This document shows positions 14,010 to 28,200 of a stretch of DNA of 64,000 nucleotides, piece by piece. The translations under genes and the position numbers were made by a program. Numbering within the stretch: position 1 is the first letter of the stretch; every line of letters begins with the position of its first letter. Location of the stretch: contig NC_043006.1 in the NCBI RefSeq assembly GCF_006345805.1, positions 35,526,001-35,590,000 of the forward strand, written 5' to 3'. Under the pieces are notes generated by a model, which saw nothing but the letters and a program-made list of their open reading frames with translations, was not told the origin of the DNA and searched no databases. This DNA comes from Octopus sinensis (taxonomy: Eukaryota).

Positions 14010-14109
14010 NNNNNNNNNNNNNNNNNNNNNNNNNNNNNNNNNNNNNNNNNNNNNNNNNNNNNNNNNNNNNNNNNNNNNNNNNNNNNNNNNNNNNNNNNNN
14101 NNNNNNNNN
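14010..14109. other. Assembly gap (100 N)
   Basis: Run of exactly 100 N, a typical scaffolding placeholder. Confidence 0.99.
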
Positions 14110-14138
14110 TTGTTATATATATGTGTGCGTGTGTTTGC

Positions 14139-14175
<37 letters not shown>

Positions 14176-15345
14176 TAAACAAAACAGGAACGAATACAAG
14201 ATCTGCTTGAGAATATAGAGTCCATATCACGTGTCACATATTTTCTTTGCTGAGTTTCTTAATTTAAAGTATAGGAATATATAACGGGAAAGCAGTGGCT
14301 TTGTAGAGAAAAGTGCAAAAAGTGGAAATGTAATAGAAATTGATTATTACCAGCATATATGTAGACATTTTGTGATTAAATGGGCCAGAGACAGCGAGAA
14401 ATTGAGGAAGGTAGTCGGGTGACAAGTATACTAAGGGACGAGAAACCAGGGACATTTTGTTGGCGCTGGATTTTGTTACGTATGTCACTCACTTGACATC
14501 GTATGATTTTGAAGAAAAGAAAAGGACAGGTTAGGTGCAAAAGTTGGCTGCTGATTGTTGAGTGGTTTACAAGAATAGCAACAAAACAAAAGAACAAAAA
14601 ATGAACATATTTATAGTGTGGAATGAGATAAGAATTGATTAAAGTTCAATTACAAAATAATAATTCTACTACATAAGAAATGGCAAAAAATAGCGATAAA
14701 AGAAAATAGTTTCAAGCACATAATTGGCAAATACATAAGGTCGCGATTAGAACCTTTATTTCACAACACATCGTTTGTATGGTTAAGTACGTACACATAC
14801 TAATTAGGCAACGATGTAAATGTTAAAGCAACTCCGCAAGAGCTTTGAGGCAATTAGGATGACCAATAGAGTTTTCTTAAGTGTTCACTCAACATATGAA
14901 AACATACACACAACGCATCTCCGCAAATGTCTACGTAGCTGTACTGTTGTAGACTGAGGCAGAGTGTGCGTGGGTGTGTATTACAGGGAGAGATAGCAGG
15001 AAGAGTAGGAGGAGGAAGAGGAGGAGGAGGAGGAGAAGGAGGAAGAGAAAGAGTGAAGGAAAGAGAGCTAGAGCAATGGCTCGCGTACGTGTGGTTTTGT
15101 GTCTTGATGCGTTAGAATTAATATCGAACTGGAATGTTCACAAAATGTCCATTATGGTTTATGCTTATGTAACATAAGAGATCACATGTCCTGTTTCGTG
15201 TCAAAGATAGATGAATTCTGTGTAGTTGAGTGTCATTTGATGTTATATTCATTTTTATGCCCAGGTAGCAGGTACATGTGAGTATGTGTGTGTGTGTGAA
15301 GTTCTGTATATATATATGTGTGTGTGTATATGTATAAGTATATAC

Positions 15346-15530
15346 CTGAGCTGGCAGACACGTTAGCGCGCCGGGCGAAATGCTTAGCGGTATTTCGTCT
15401 GTCGTTACGTTTTGAGTTCAAATTCCGCCAAAGTCAACTTTGCCTTTCATCCTTTCGGGGTCGATAAATAAAGTACCAGTTTCGCACCGGGGGCGATATA
15501 ATCAATTCAATCCCTTCGTCTGTCCTTGTT
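15346..15530 (+). mobile_element. SINE family A copy (young)
   Basis: GAGCTGGCAGACACGTTAGCGCGCCGGGCGAAATGCTTAGCGG...GAGTTCAAATTCCGCC...GGGGTCGATAAATAAAGTACCAG. Confidence 0.85.
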
Positions 15531-17200
15531 TGTCCCATCTATGTTTAGCCCCTTCTGGGCAGTAAATAAATATATATATATATATATACCTATATAAATA
15601 CACACACATAATATGTGTGTGCGCCTGTGTGCGTGCGTGTATGTATGTGTGGCTATGCTTGTGAGTATATCTTTGTGTGTGTCCTTCACCGATTCACAAA
15701 TGTGTTGTTTTTATTTACGTCACCGTAACATAGTGGTTGGGCAAAAAAAATCGATAGAATAAGTAACAGACTTTGAATTAACTACATGTGCCGATTTGTT
15801 TCACTAGACATTTCAAGGCGATGCCCCAACATGACCCCTGTCCAATGACTGAATGAAGTTAAATATAAAAAAATACAAATTAATATATATATATACACAC
15901 ACGCACATTCACCTTCGTATATGTATGCATGAACACATATCTACCAATACACAGACACGGACAGTCAAATATACGCGAATATATATAATTCCACTCATGT
16001 GAACAATCATGCTTATCCACACACATAACTACACACGTGAATATTTGCAAAAAAACATATGCGGAAACACACTAAAAAATTACACACATATACAAGTATA
16101 TGAGAGGTTACAAAATTGCACACAGTTCCATAAACATTCATTAACATAAAACATTTATAAAATGAATCTCATTCGTTATCAAGGTGCCAAGTTGCCCAAA
16201 TCCTTAGACAGTTATCTTAATAACAATGCGACGTGCCAAATTTAAGGCGATAAGTAATAACTTAATGATAAATATGACATACTATTTCATTTGAGTAACA
16301 ATGTATAATGAAGGTATACAAGGAGACATACACGTACACAGATACACACAGAACCATACGCGCACACACAAACACACACACACGCAAACATATACGTAAA
16401 TACCAGGTTTTGACCTTTCCATTAATCAATATGGATACTTTACATACATAAGAAAATATATATATACGTGAAAACACACATTCGTTTAGACAAACATATG
16501 CATATACGTATATGTAGGCATACATATATATATATATATATATATGCATTTGTATATGCAACTACACACACACACACACACACATATATATGTATATATA
16601 TATATTCACCCGTGTGTTTGTATACATGCATGCGTGAGTGTGTATTTGTCTATGCCTATATATGTGTATACAATGGATAACTTTTCTTTGAAGCATGTTA
16701 ATACGGAAAATACGACTGTTTCCAAGTTAAATCATTTATATCTATGATTTTTCCTAGTTTCATATTATTTGTTTATGTTCTACTCGGAACAATAGCGTCC
16801 CAAAGACAATTAATAATCCGAACGCTTTTTAGTTTTCATAATAGATTTTAGGTCCCTACAACACATTGCAGAATGTAGCAAATGATTATAAGAATGTTCT
16901 TGCTATTGATAAATATCATCCTGGCCAAAATGTTTAACTCTTTACTTCTGTTTGCTCTATATAGATTTCCCCATAGATGTGTGCTGATGTTTGGTGTATG
17001 TTTTCTCGGGAATACAGCTGGCATTTTGAATTTTGTCTTTCAACAAAGCTATATGCTCTATTCTGCCGATAAACCATGGGGAACTGGAAGAATTAAGATT
17101 ATGATATACACTAAATGTCTATCTCTTTGTCCATCTATCTATTAAATACGTGATATCTCCCTCACTCTCTCTCATTCTCTCTCTCTCTCTCTCTATCTGT

Positions 17201-17242
<42 letters not shown>

Positions 17243-17335
17243 TATCTTGGGTGTAAAATTAAATGTTAGACACCTATTTAAAGTAGAACTATACATAGAT
17301 TGTTTTCAATCAATTTGTTCCAATAGTGGTTTAAC

Positions 17336-17650
17336 TACAGTTCTATATTTAAGAGATGAGGAATCATATACATAGTAAAATATTAGATTTATAAGCCGTA
17401 AAATTCACTGCATAATTATCCAAGGACATATGGCGTAGTGGTTAAGACCTCGAGCTACAAACACCAAGATTCTGACCTGAATAATAATAATAACAACAAA
17501 ACAACAACACCGAAAAATACCTTAGGAATGAGAACCCAGGTTCGAAATTTCCCCAAGAGACCTGATGAAGGTTAGAGGGTATATTAGCCGAAACGTTTTG
17601 TTAACAATAAACAAGAGGAAGACAAATATCTGTCAAATGTAAATAAAGTA
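17336..17650 (+). mobile_element. Non-coding element: tRNA-like head + (AAT)n + hammerhead tail (copy 1)
   Basis: Shares the start TACAGTTCTATATTTAAGAGATGAGGAA and a ~150-bp tail with 45785-46238. A-box TGGCGTAGTGG at 17431. HHR CTGATGA-a-GGTTAG..TTAGCC-GAAACGTT at 17562-17598. Confidence 0.75.
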
Positions 17651-18873
17651 GTTTACTATTACGCTTTGTTGTATAGCTAGTTGTGAAATACACAGTAAAT
17701 GTAGAAATGTAGGTGAAACGTGCGACCACAGTAGATCGAAACGCACTTTAGTTTAACAATCCAGAAAAGCTAAGCCTATCTCGGCGGTATTTGAAACAAG
17801 AATAAAATAAGTAGGAAGAAATACGGCTAATCATTTTGACCGACGCGCTTACGATTCCCCCAGCTCACGGCTTCAATATGGCCACAATAATACCAACAAT
17901 AATTGGTCACTACACGTTCTGGACATTCATGCTTTGCTCGCTGACAACCCATCAATGTCAAAATCCAGCATCAATTCTCTAATATGGATTTTCTATGCTG
18001 TAACATCAACGTTTTCTAAACAGTTGACTTATTAGAGTTAATCTCCTTTACATTATAATAATCTTCGGATTACTAACCCGTTATTTCCCCCACCACCATC
18101 TTCTTCAGTGTTAGCTTATTTTGTTTCACGTTTTATTAATAAATCGCTAAGGCTTTTCGTTTGTTTGTTTATTTATTTTTTTAATTCTTTATTTATTTAA
18201 TGCTTAGTTATGACAGAAATTATCGCAATTCGTCTCAATAATTTAGCTACTACTACTACTACTACTACTGCTACTACTGCTGCTGCTGCTACTACTACTA
18301 CTACTACTACCCCCACCATCACCAAAACCAGTACTACTACTACCACTACCACCACCACCAACAGCACTACAACTACTACTACTACAATTACTACAACTAC
18401 TACTACTACTACTACTACTCTTGTTGCTGCTGCTGCTGCTGACATAATTACTGTTGCTGGTGCTGCTGTGTTGACCGTGGTGGTGATTACCTCACATTAT
18501 TACCATTACAGCTGATAATCTTAAAGTAAACACGATGTCAGAACCAGTTCAGTGAAATATAATTCCAGTAATCTTAGTCACAACCCTGTACGTTGTAAGT
18601 TCGAATCACAATAAAGCTTTACTCATTCCTACAATATCCGGGATTCGATAAAATATTGTGAGCGATGACTATTATCCACCAAGAAAACTCCGCTGTTTGT
18701 CTGGCATTTTATTTATAGACTCGGCAAGCGATAGAGAAGGAAGGAATACCAAAGATGCTTTCTCTCCAAGCCTCTAACAACTCTGTCAAATAGCTGTTTA
18801 TAATAAGTATACATACATACAATACACATTCATACAACTATATACATATAAATATATATGCATACATACATTC

Positions 18874-18966
<93 letters not shown>

Positions 18967-19514
18967 CGTTCTCTAAATTGGCTAGCCACGTATTGAATTT
19001 AAAATCTGACGCAACACTACATATCGTTAAGGGGAACATAATTGAAAAATCCAGACCTTATCTTAATAGATCAAATGAATGTAAGCTATATTTAGCTGAA
19101 GTAGCTCAGATCCATTTCAGATCAAAGATCCGATAAACCACGAGGAGCTGGAAGAATTAAGATTATGGCATGCACTTAATGTCTATCTATTTATTAATCT
19201 ATCTATTATACACGTGAAATATATGTCTATATCCATAACTCACTACTGAATTCTAGATCTGAAAATTTCAGCGTTTGTAAACATATGACTCAATACATTT
19301 TGAAGAATTGGAGAAATTCACCTATATCTGATTAAATTGTTTATACTTTTCCAGCCTAATGATTTAAGGTTTAAGGAGGATAAAACTTTTAGTTCTTTTA
19401 CTTTTTATTTTGTCGTTTTCTGTTTTCTAACGGTCCACGTATTCTGTATGCTTCCTTCTTCACTTTTCGTGTTTCATCTTTCATGCATTTTTTAGTTCGT
19501 TATGATATATGGTT

Positions 19515-19571
19515 TGTGCCTGATGAATAAGTTTGAATTATTGCTCAACATATGAAACTATTAGTAGCACA
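19515..19571 (+). ncRNA. Hammerhead ribozyme motif (C3:G8), solo
   Basis: TGTGC-CTGATGA-ATAAGTTTGA..TCAACATAT-GAAACTATTAGTA-GCACA; stem II is imperfect. Confidence 0.6.
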
Positions 19572-20209
19572 TAAAAACAGGTATTGTGTCTATCAAATAA
19601 AATGTGTGTGAGTGTGAGCGTTATGTATGTTTGTGATCAAGTTTATATTTATCATAGTAGATTGAACACAATTCTGTGTTTTTGTTTGTATGCACGTATG
19701 TATGTAAATAAGTATGAATATAGATATGTGTGTGTATGTATGTACGTAGCTTGATGACGGTATTCGCATAACGGTCGACATACGTATTTTACCCATACCA
19801 GCATCATACACGTAAGCATGCCAAAAATCAGAAAAACTTCCAAACTATTTACTTTTTATTGTCTAATTTTGTCAATCGATTGAATTCAATGATAAATTGA
19901 AATCGAAATCAATCAATTTCCTCTCTATGGCATACGTGTATTGATGTTTGATCACAAACATTTGAAAAAAAAGAAAGAGGATAGAAAAATACTGATATTT
20001 ATTGTATGAATAGACGGCTTGACTAAAATCAGTAAAACAGCACAAGAGCAATGCACGCAGGCACATACACACTGACACATACACACACATACACACACAC
20101 GCTCACACACACATGTATATATATGTGTGAGTGTATGAATACATGTGCGTATATATATATATATATAAATATATGTATATATATACATATATATATATAT
20201 ATAATATAT

Positions 20210-20293
<84 letters not shown>

Positions 20294-20390
20294 AACATAT
20301 GTATGTGCTCACACAGAGACACACACACAAATATATGTATATATATGTGTGTGTGTCTGTGTGTGTGTGTATGTATGTATACAGGAATAC

Positions 20391-20428
<38 letters not shown>

Positions 20429-20734
20429 GGAGAGACAGACAGACAGACACACAGACAGGCAGACACACAGACAGACAGACAGATAAATCGATAGATAGAT
20501 AGATAGATAGATAGATACATAGATAGATAGATAGATAATAGATACATAGATACATGCATACATACATACATACATATATACATACATACATACATACATA
20601 CATACATGCATACATACATATATTAATGTTTGTTTTTATGTTCAGTTTAATAAAAACAATTTGACATTAATCTGATTGTTTACTCTAATACCTTTGTTGA
20701 GTATATATTTAAAATTCTTAAAGAAAAATGTTAT

Positions 20735-21600
20735 TGACAGTGACATCAACCCCGGTACTTGTTTCGTACTTCGACTTATCTATCTTAAATTGATGAAAGG
20801 CAACTTTCCACTCGGTGGTATTTCAGCTCAGAACATAAAAAGCCGGAAGAAATGCCGTTAAGTGTTTTGTCCGACATGCCTACGATTTATCCACCTTGCC
20901 GTCCTCCTGATTAATTGGTCTTTGCATAATTTAGATGAGATAGTCTCATGGAAATAATTCCGAATCTCCAGTGTTATGAATATGGGCGATAAACATATTG
21001 AAATTAACTTCTCAATAAGCCCGGTAAATTAATTTTGTTATTGCTAGAATTATTTAGAGTTGAGGGAACTGAAACAACGTGAAATGAAATAGTTTGCGTA
21101 AGAAAAAATAGCACCTCCCAGTCCGGAATCGAAATCACTATCTTACGATTGGAAGTACAGCACTCTAACTACTAGATCACGCGCCTTTAACACCTATTCT
21201 TTTCTACTGTAGGCAAAAGACCTGAAATTTGGGGTGAGTGGGCCAGTCAATTAGATCAGCTCCAGTACACAGCTGGTACTTAATTTATCGACCTCGAGAT
21301 GATGAAAGGCAACGTCGACCTCGGCGGAATTTGAACTCAGAACGCGAAGTCAGACGAAATATAGTTGAGCTTTTCGTCCAGCGTGCTAACTGTTCTGCCA
21401 GCTCGCCACCATTACCAAATATTTCAAACTTTGGCAGAATTCCACAAATTTGGGGGGAGGTAGTAAGTCAATTACACCGACCCCAGTATTCAACAGGTAC
21501 TTATTTTATAGACCACAAAAGGATCAATGGCAAAGTCGACATCGGTAGATTTTGGACTCCTTACGTAAAGGCGGACGAAGTGCCGCAAAGCTTGCCGTTT
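20735..21600 (-). mobile_element. Cluster of SINE copies: family A at 20735-20900, 21195-21410 and 21420-21600; family D head at 21095-21185
   Basis: Reverse-complement matches to the family A core and head. Confidence 0.75.
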
Positions 21601-22374
21601 TAAGAATTGTGTGGAGACAAAAAGATAGCTACGGGCACGTGTTTCTTCCATCTGGTGCCATCAGCGTTCACTTCAGCTGATACTAATTCATACACAAAAA
21701 GGAATAGAAAGCATTTATATTCGAGTTTAATTTGCATAATTTAAACAAAGGTGAGACGCGACATATAATTCACAGTGGCTAATAATATCAGAAGGGGTAG
21801 CAAAGATGAATAAAAGGTTTTCATGTTGTTTGGGAGCGCAATGTTCTAATATGTCTCAGTATTAGCGTGGCAGAAAACGGAGATCAATATTTTCGACATT
21901 CAAAATTTGTACATCTGTTTTCTTGTTCAGCATGCGATGCTTGCTAAACGAGGGTGCCTCTACATCCATGCACGATTTGCTAAATCAGTAGTCATGCTCA
22001 GATAACATTACCACTGACTTAAGAGAGGATTTATGAAATATCGTGGCGTTGGCTTCAGTGCAGATAGAAAAAAGGGACCGTTTGGGTCATGGATGGATTG
22101 GTTTCTACTAGAGTTAACCTAGTGCAAATCAACAGCGACTTCAGATTCGTTGTGGTATGTGTTCTAGTTACGAAGATATTATTCTACCAATTATTCCCTG
22201 GCAGGCAGTCATCCTTCTGGAGTCAATAAAATAACAACCACTCAAGTACTGCTCCTGTTGTAACCGACTATATTGCCCACCCTTCCCCCACCCCACCAAT
22301 TTATAGTCTTGTGCCTATGGTAGAAATCATTATGGAATAATGAGTTTTCAGTTTTCTGTTTGTAGCAATTTCCC

Positions 22375-22483
22375 TTCTTCTTCTTCTTCTTCTTCTTCTT
22401 CTTCTTCTTCTTCTTCTTCTTCTTCTTCTTCTTCTTCTTCTTCTTCTTCTTCTTCTTCTTCTTCTTCTTCTTCTTCTTCTTCA
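22375..22483 (+). repeat. Perfect (TTC)n microsatellite
   Basis: Direct reading. Confidence 0.98.
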
Positions 22484-23409
22484 CTAATGTGTGTTGTGAA
22501 AGACACAAACATCACGTCATTTAACTGCTCCATCCCTGACAAGCTAATGCCATTTTCCTATGCCAGAAATCAATAGTTTAATTCGTTTGGGTGTGATCTA
22601 TGGTTTAATACTGCCTCAATTATTAGATTTTCTTTCATATGCAACTATTGATTTTCTACTTAAGCACAAGGATATATTCAGAAAGAAGGTATTTGAATAC
22701 TGAATCGGACAATCTATTACCGTGGTCTGAAAAACAAAATTTAACCAATGGGGTTTCGACTCGGAATTTATAGGAGTGATAGGAACAAATGCTGTTTTAT
22801 CGATTTTGAAGGAACAAATTCCAAAGCCAACCTCATCACTGTCTAAGGACTGAATGTATAGGGAGCAATTATAAGTTTGTATATGACATCCAAGTATAAA
22901 ATTGAGGCAAACATGATTTTTGGTACGATTTGAACAAATATATTTAATACTTACCGGCAGATAACCCTGAAGATCACATTTCTGCAACTAATTTTATTAA
23001 TTATGTTTCATTCTGATAAGACATTAGCATTAATAACAGATCTTGGCAAGGAGATGAAAGTAATCTCTAGACTATGATTTCATTCAAAATTAAATAAAAG
23101 TATTCCAAGACAAAGTTGTAATATTCAAAATAAAAAGGTATTTCCCGACGATAAATAACTCCAAGAATCAAATGAGGCCGAGTTTCTAAGACCCTACTGA
23201 AAATAATGTGAGACAATGATTTTAATGGGAGGAGCTTAGTGGCTAGCAGTGACTGAGTACTTGACTAGTGCTTTAGTTTATCAACCCCGAAAACATAAAA
23301 GATGATGTCCGGACTTCTACTCAAGAAAAATTTACGCAACGCCATTTTATCAATAATCTAATGATGTTACCATCTTGGCGCCTTCATAGTGTTTAATGAT
23401 AAAAATATT

Positions 23410-23615
23410 CATTTCTGCTCTAGGCACAAGGCCTGAAATTTTAAAGGCTGCGGATAGTCGATCCGATTACATCGACCCGAGTGCAAGACTTGTACTTATT
23501 TCATCGACCTGGTAACGATGAAAGGCAGAGCAGACCTCGGCGGCATTTGAATTCAGAATGTAAAGACACGATATCTGCAAAGCATTTTGTCCGGGTTGCT
23601 AACGGTTCTGCCAGA
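23410..23615 (-). mobile_element. SINE family A copy
   Basis: Full-length reverse-complement match to 5511-5735. Confidence 0.78.
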
Positions 23616-24100
23616 TTATCGACTTAATGCTAGATACAATGAGCCAATGAGTCCCAAATAGAAACAGAAGACGACAACTGACGGAATTTAACGATGTTAG
23701 TTAAGTGTTGCCCTTGTCTTAAAAACTAAATTCCATAATATCTTGTGTAGGTCTCCTGAAACATAATACTTTAGAAGATTAATATTCCATTTGAATTATA
23801 ACATACAAACTCAATCTCACATTTGTATATTTGCCTATATCTTTAATATGTATCTATCTGTCTAACCGGCTAGCTAGCTAGCGAGCGAGCTACCTAGCTA
23901 TCAATCTATGAATTTGTCTGTGTATCTGTCTCCTTATCTGTCTTTGTCTATCTAAATAGCTATCTATTTATCTACCATCGTCCTCTTTATCATCACTCAA
24001 TCTATCTATCCTTGTGTGTGTGTGTGTGTATATGTATATATACAGTATACATATGTATATATATAATTATATAATATATATGCATATATGTATGTATGTA

Positions 24101-24165
<65 letters not shown>

Positions 24166-24736
24166 TGAGAGAGGAGAGGTGGACGCATATGTGTGTGTGT
24201 GTTTGTGTTTCTAAGTATGTGGCTATTAATAACTTTAATGCAGACAAGCTAACTGAAACACAGCTCAGAGCACATAGGTAGACTGCATAGACGTACATTG
24301 TAAAACATCTACATGAAAAGATCATCAACAAATACAGATTTAACTGATTTAACCGATATTTGGAGCTATAAATATAAATATTTCTCAAAATACATTTTGA
24401 GAAGAGTCAAACTCGACAACAAAACTGGATAAACGAGAGCTTAGAGCAACATAAATTATGATAATGTTTATGTAGATTAACTCACTTAAAAACAAGTCTA
24501 GGCAAACATATTAAAATAGTGGTTAAGAAGCTGGCTTTGCAAACTCCACCCCACATATATAATTATATATACTTATAATGCGTATACATACACACAGACG
24601 CACACACTGGCGCATACACACACACACGTAAACGCACACACAAATACACACAAACACATATATACACACACATATACACATCCACACGTACGCACATACA
24701 TATGCAGTGTTTCCCGTTCAGCCCAACTACATATAT

Positions 24737-24980
24737 ATATGGCCTAGAGGTTAGGGTGCTGCACTCACGATCGAGAGATTGTGGTTTCAATACCAAGACC
24801 GGGTGGTGCGTTGTGTTCTTGAGCTAAACACTTCATCTCCCGTTGCTCTGCGGTCACTTCGACACCTGCCACGTGGCACACCGTGGCACCTGTTCAGACA
24901 ATGTCGATTTTATGAAGAGAGAGAAATAATTTACAGCACGTACACTTGACCATCATAATTTGATCATCATAAACAAATCA
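24737..24980 (+). mobile_element. SINE family D-type copy (paralogue at 34105-34330; partials at 1-135 and 62495-62640 on minus)
   Basis: TGGCCTAGAGGTTAGG...GGTTTCAATACC...GTGTTCTTGAGC, with a shared body at 34105-34330. Confidence 0.72.
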
Positions 24981-25844
24981 TGTAGGTAGGTAGTGTATGT
25001 TTGTGCGAAGGTGTCCGAGTGTGCGTGCGTAGGTATGTATGTCTGTTTATGTCTTTCTGTTTGTGTCTATGCTTCTGATACCGTTTGGCAACCGGTGTCA
25101 GTTAGTTTACGTCCCCAAATTATAGTTGTTTAGCAGAAACAAATGCCGATAGGATGATTACCTGACATGAAATAAATACGTCATAGGGGTCGATATATTC
25201 GACTGAATCCTCCAAAGCAGTGCTCCAGCATGGCCACAGCCCAATGGCTAAAACAAATAAAAGATAAATGGTATACTCTCAAAGAATTTTTTTAAAAAAC
25301 CTTCTCTCCGAGTGTGATTTGTGTGTGAGATGATGTTTCAGTTTCTGCTCACATCCCATCTATCACTCACATTGCCTGTTTGAGTTATACTCAGCCATCT
25401 TAGACTGATTCCTCTTGTAACTTCATCACCTCATTGCTTCTTATTTCACCTCTCAATGTTATGATTTCTTGTCCTATAGAGCCATCGACTAAGATTACAG
25501 ACACCTCATAGATTTAGATATTCTGTTGTATTAGATTAAGAAGGAAGTTGTTAGCTACACACGCACACATACCTATATATACATATATATATACATTATA
25601 TACATATATATATTTACACACATGCACAGACATATATATATGTATATATTTACACACCCACATATGTATATGTATGTATGAATGAATTTACACGACGGCT
25701 TGTAAACATCTAAGAAACAAAAAAAATCGATTACAACTTTTTTTTTCTTCTTCGTCTTCCGTATCACGACTAAAGATTGTTGTTTCTCTATAGACAGAAT
25801 TATTCAAACCTCTATGCAACATTTTTTATTCACATACACTACCT

Positions 25845-25890
<46 letters not shown>

Positions 25891-26879
25891 ATCTCTCTCT
25901 CCCTCTCTCTTTCCATCTCTCTCTCCCTCTCTCTTTCCCTCTCTCTCTTTCTCTCTCTGTTTTCTCTCTTTTACATTCTCTTTTATGTGAAACTTTCTCT
26001 CTCTCTCTCTCTCTCTGTTTCCATCTCTCTCTCCCTCTCTGTTTCACTCTCTCTCTCTCTCTGTTTTCTCTCTTTTACATTCTCTTTTTATGTGAAACTT
26101 TTGCTTGTATAAATTCTTTTCTTTCTCTCTTTCACTCTTTCTTTCTATAACTTACTCTTCTTCTGTTTATCCTCTTCTTTCCCTCCATTGTTTTAGCCCT
26201 ATCTTCCAATCATTATTTCTCTCACTACTTCTCTTTCTTTTAATATCTCGCCGTCTATCAAATTACTCTTCTTTGCTTTCCTACTTTCACTTTCCCTTAA
26301 AACATATTTCCTTTCTTACCCATTCCTCTCAACACACACAACACACTCTCTCTCTCTCTCTCTCTCTCTCCCAATCTCTCTACCTCCTTAACTCCCTCAG
26401 CCTGCACCTCCTCTCTATCACAACATGTCTCTCTTTCTCTATCTTTCTTTTAAAAAATATTTAATTCTAAATTTCCTTTCTTTTTCCCAGACATTATTCA
26501 ATTTTTTTTGTACATTTTCCTCTTCTTTTCTCCTCTAAGTTTTTATTCTCTTTTTCCTCGCACCCCACTTCAACTACTTATTATTAGTAGTAATAATAAT
26601 ACTTGTATATATATAGTGTCATTATCTCTACGCCTCCTTTTTCTCATCTATACAATAATGCTAAGCGATCTGTTTGTCTTCTAGAAATCACATACCGTCT
26701 GTCTTTATTGTAAAATGTAGACAACTTAAATTTCCTTATGTTCCTACTAATATTATCATTTTGGCAAGTGCCAACCAAAGAGCCACTCTGATTTGTTAAC
26801 TTATTAGAAATAGCAGCCAAAACTCCCTGAAATAAAACTGCCATTTTCAAAACCAAGAAGGAATTTTTTAATTATATAC

Positions 26880-27600
26880 TCCTAGGTCTTCTTACTCTTA
26901 GATTTTCCTGTACAGTCGGTACACCGAGTAGCAAGACGCCTTCAGTCACTTTGGTTTTCAATTTAGTGCCCTGCATCTTCCGAGCTGATGCCAGTTTGCT
27001 TCAAATCTTTTTTGAAGAAGGCGTAACATAGCTTCCTTGGTTTACCACTTCTCTGTTATCCTCTGGTGGTACGGAGTTTATGGCTGTCAAAATGGACTGG
27101 GGTGAAAGGAAATACTTTTAATCACAAGTTTGTTCAGTCAAAATTGACTTGAGCTTACACAATCATAACATCAATAACTTCATTAATCTGAATATTATTA
27201 GGGTGTATAAATGGTAAAATGGAGAAAGAATGGAGTATGAAGCCCTGCGTGGTTCACTTACTTCCCTTAATTTTCTAAATTCGCTTTCGTTCAAACACAC
27301 ATAGTGGATAACATGTCTCCAGTTAAGTGGAATATTAAGATCTCCACTGGACAAAATGACCTCATATGTGCAACTGAGGAGTACTTCTCCCAAGGACAAA
27401 CCTAAACAAGGTCTGAAAAGGGTGTATTTGTAGAAGGCCAGCAATGGCTCATGTAACAAGTTTCCATTCTCACGCCATTGAATACAAATGTTAATGTGTG
27501 ACACATCTTGGTTCGAATGCTGTCGCAGAGGAACACAGAACATAGATGTTTCAATCTTTGCAGGCATCATTAAAATACATACAACTCAAATACTGAATGT
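26880..27600 (-). mobile_element. RTE-clade LINE 3' fragment, heavily decayed
   Basis: Fragments LCVFERKRI*KI and QRSGKPRKLCYAFFKKDLKQTGI...D*RRLATRC..GKSK. Confidence 0.5.
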
Positions 27601-27789
27601 GACTTAAGAATTTAAATGGTTGTAATCGTCTTCAATCTTTATGGGTTTCTTTGTGAGCAAGATTAAAAATTATTACTGAGCAGTTGTTTACATTACCTCT
27701 TGCAAACATGCTTTGAAACAAGTGGTTGAGTGGTTTTTCTATCAAGCATGATAAATTATTGCCTTCATATTACTGATATTGTATCAATC

Positions 27790-28200
27790 ATCAGTTCCCG
27801 CAACCTCCACCCAGGGCTCAATGCGTACCGCCATGAGATAGATGCATCCATAGTATTCGATCTTTGGTAAGATTATTCAGGGAAACCATGTCAAGACCTG
27901 TCCATGCTGCGATATTATCTCTCTAGCTCTTGCAGTACCGACCTCTGTTTCTCTTTCCATTAAACATGCCTTCCAAACAGATCTTACTGACGACACAAAC
28001 CATTCGCTTAGTTTGTCTAGGCAGTCTGTGTACTTTACTTTTCAACGACTGAAGGTGACTGGTGATAATTTGGTTATTTGTCTCAGCTCTTCGGTTCTGA
28101 CATGGTCTGAGAGATTTGCGTTGGTAATAAAGTTGCATTACACGACACTGTATGACTTCCAGTTGACACATTCTTACCCGTATTGTATCGATAGGAAGAG
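27790..28200 (-). mobile_element. RTE-clade LINE 3' fragment, decayed
   Basis: Reads KICLEGMFNGKRNRGRYCKS*RDNIAAWTGLDMVSL...KDRILW, matching the RTE C-terminal pattern EG...GKR.RGRP...W.DNI..WTG. Confidence 0.68.

Noticed and set aside
18070-18116. Minus-strand CTGAAGA...GAAA
   Set aside because: No stem II pairing and no NUH triplet.
22616-22987. 123-aa minus-strand ORF
   Set aside because: No family motif recognised; its length is within chance expectation.
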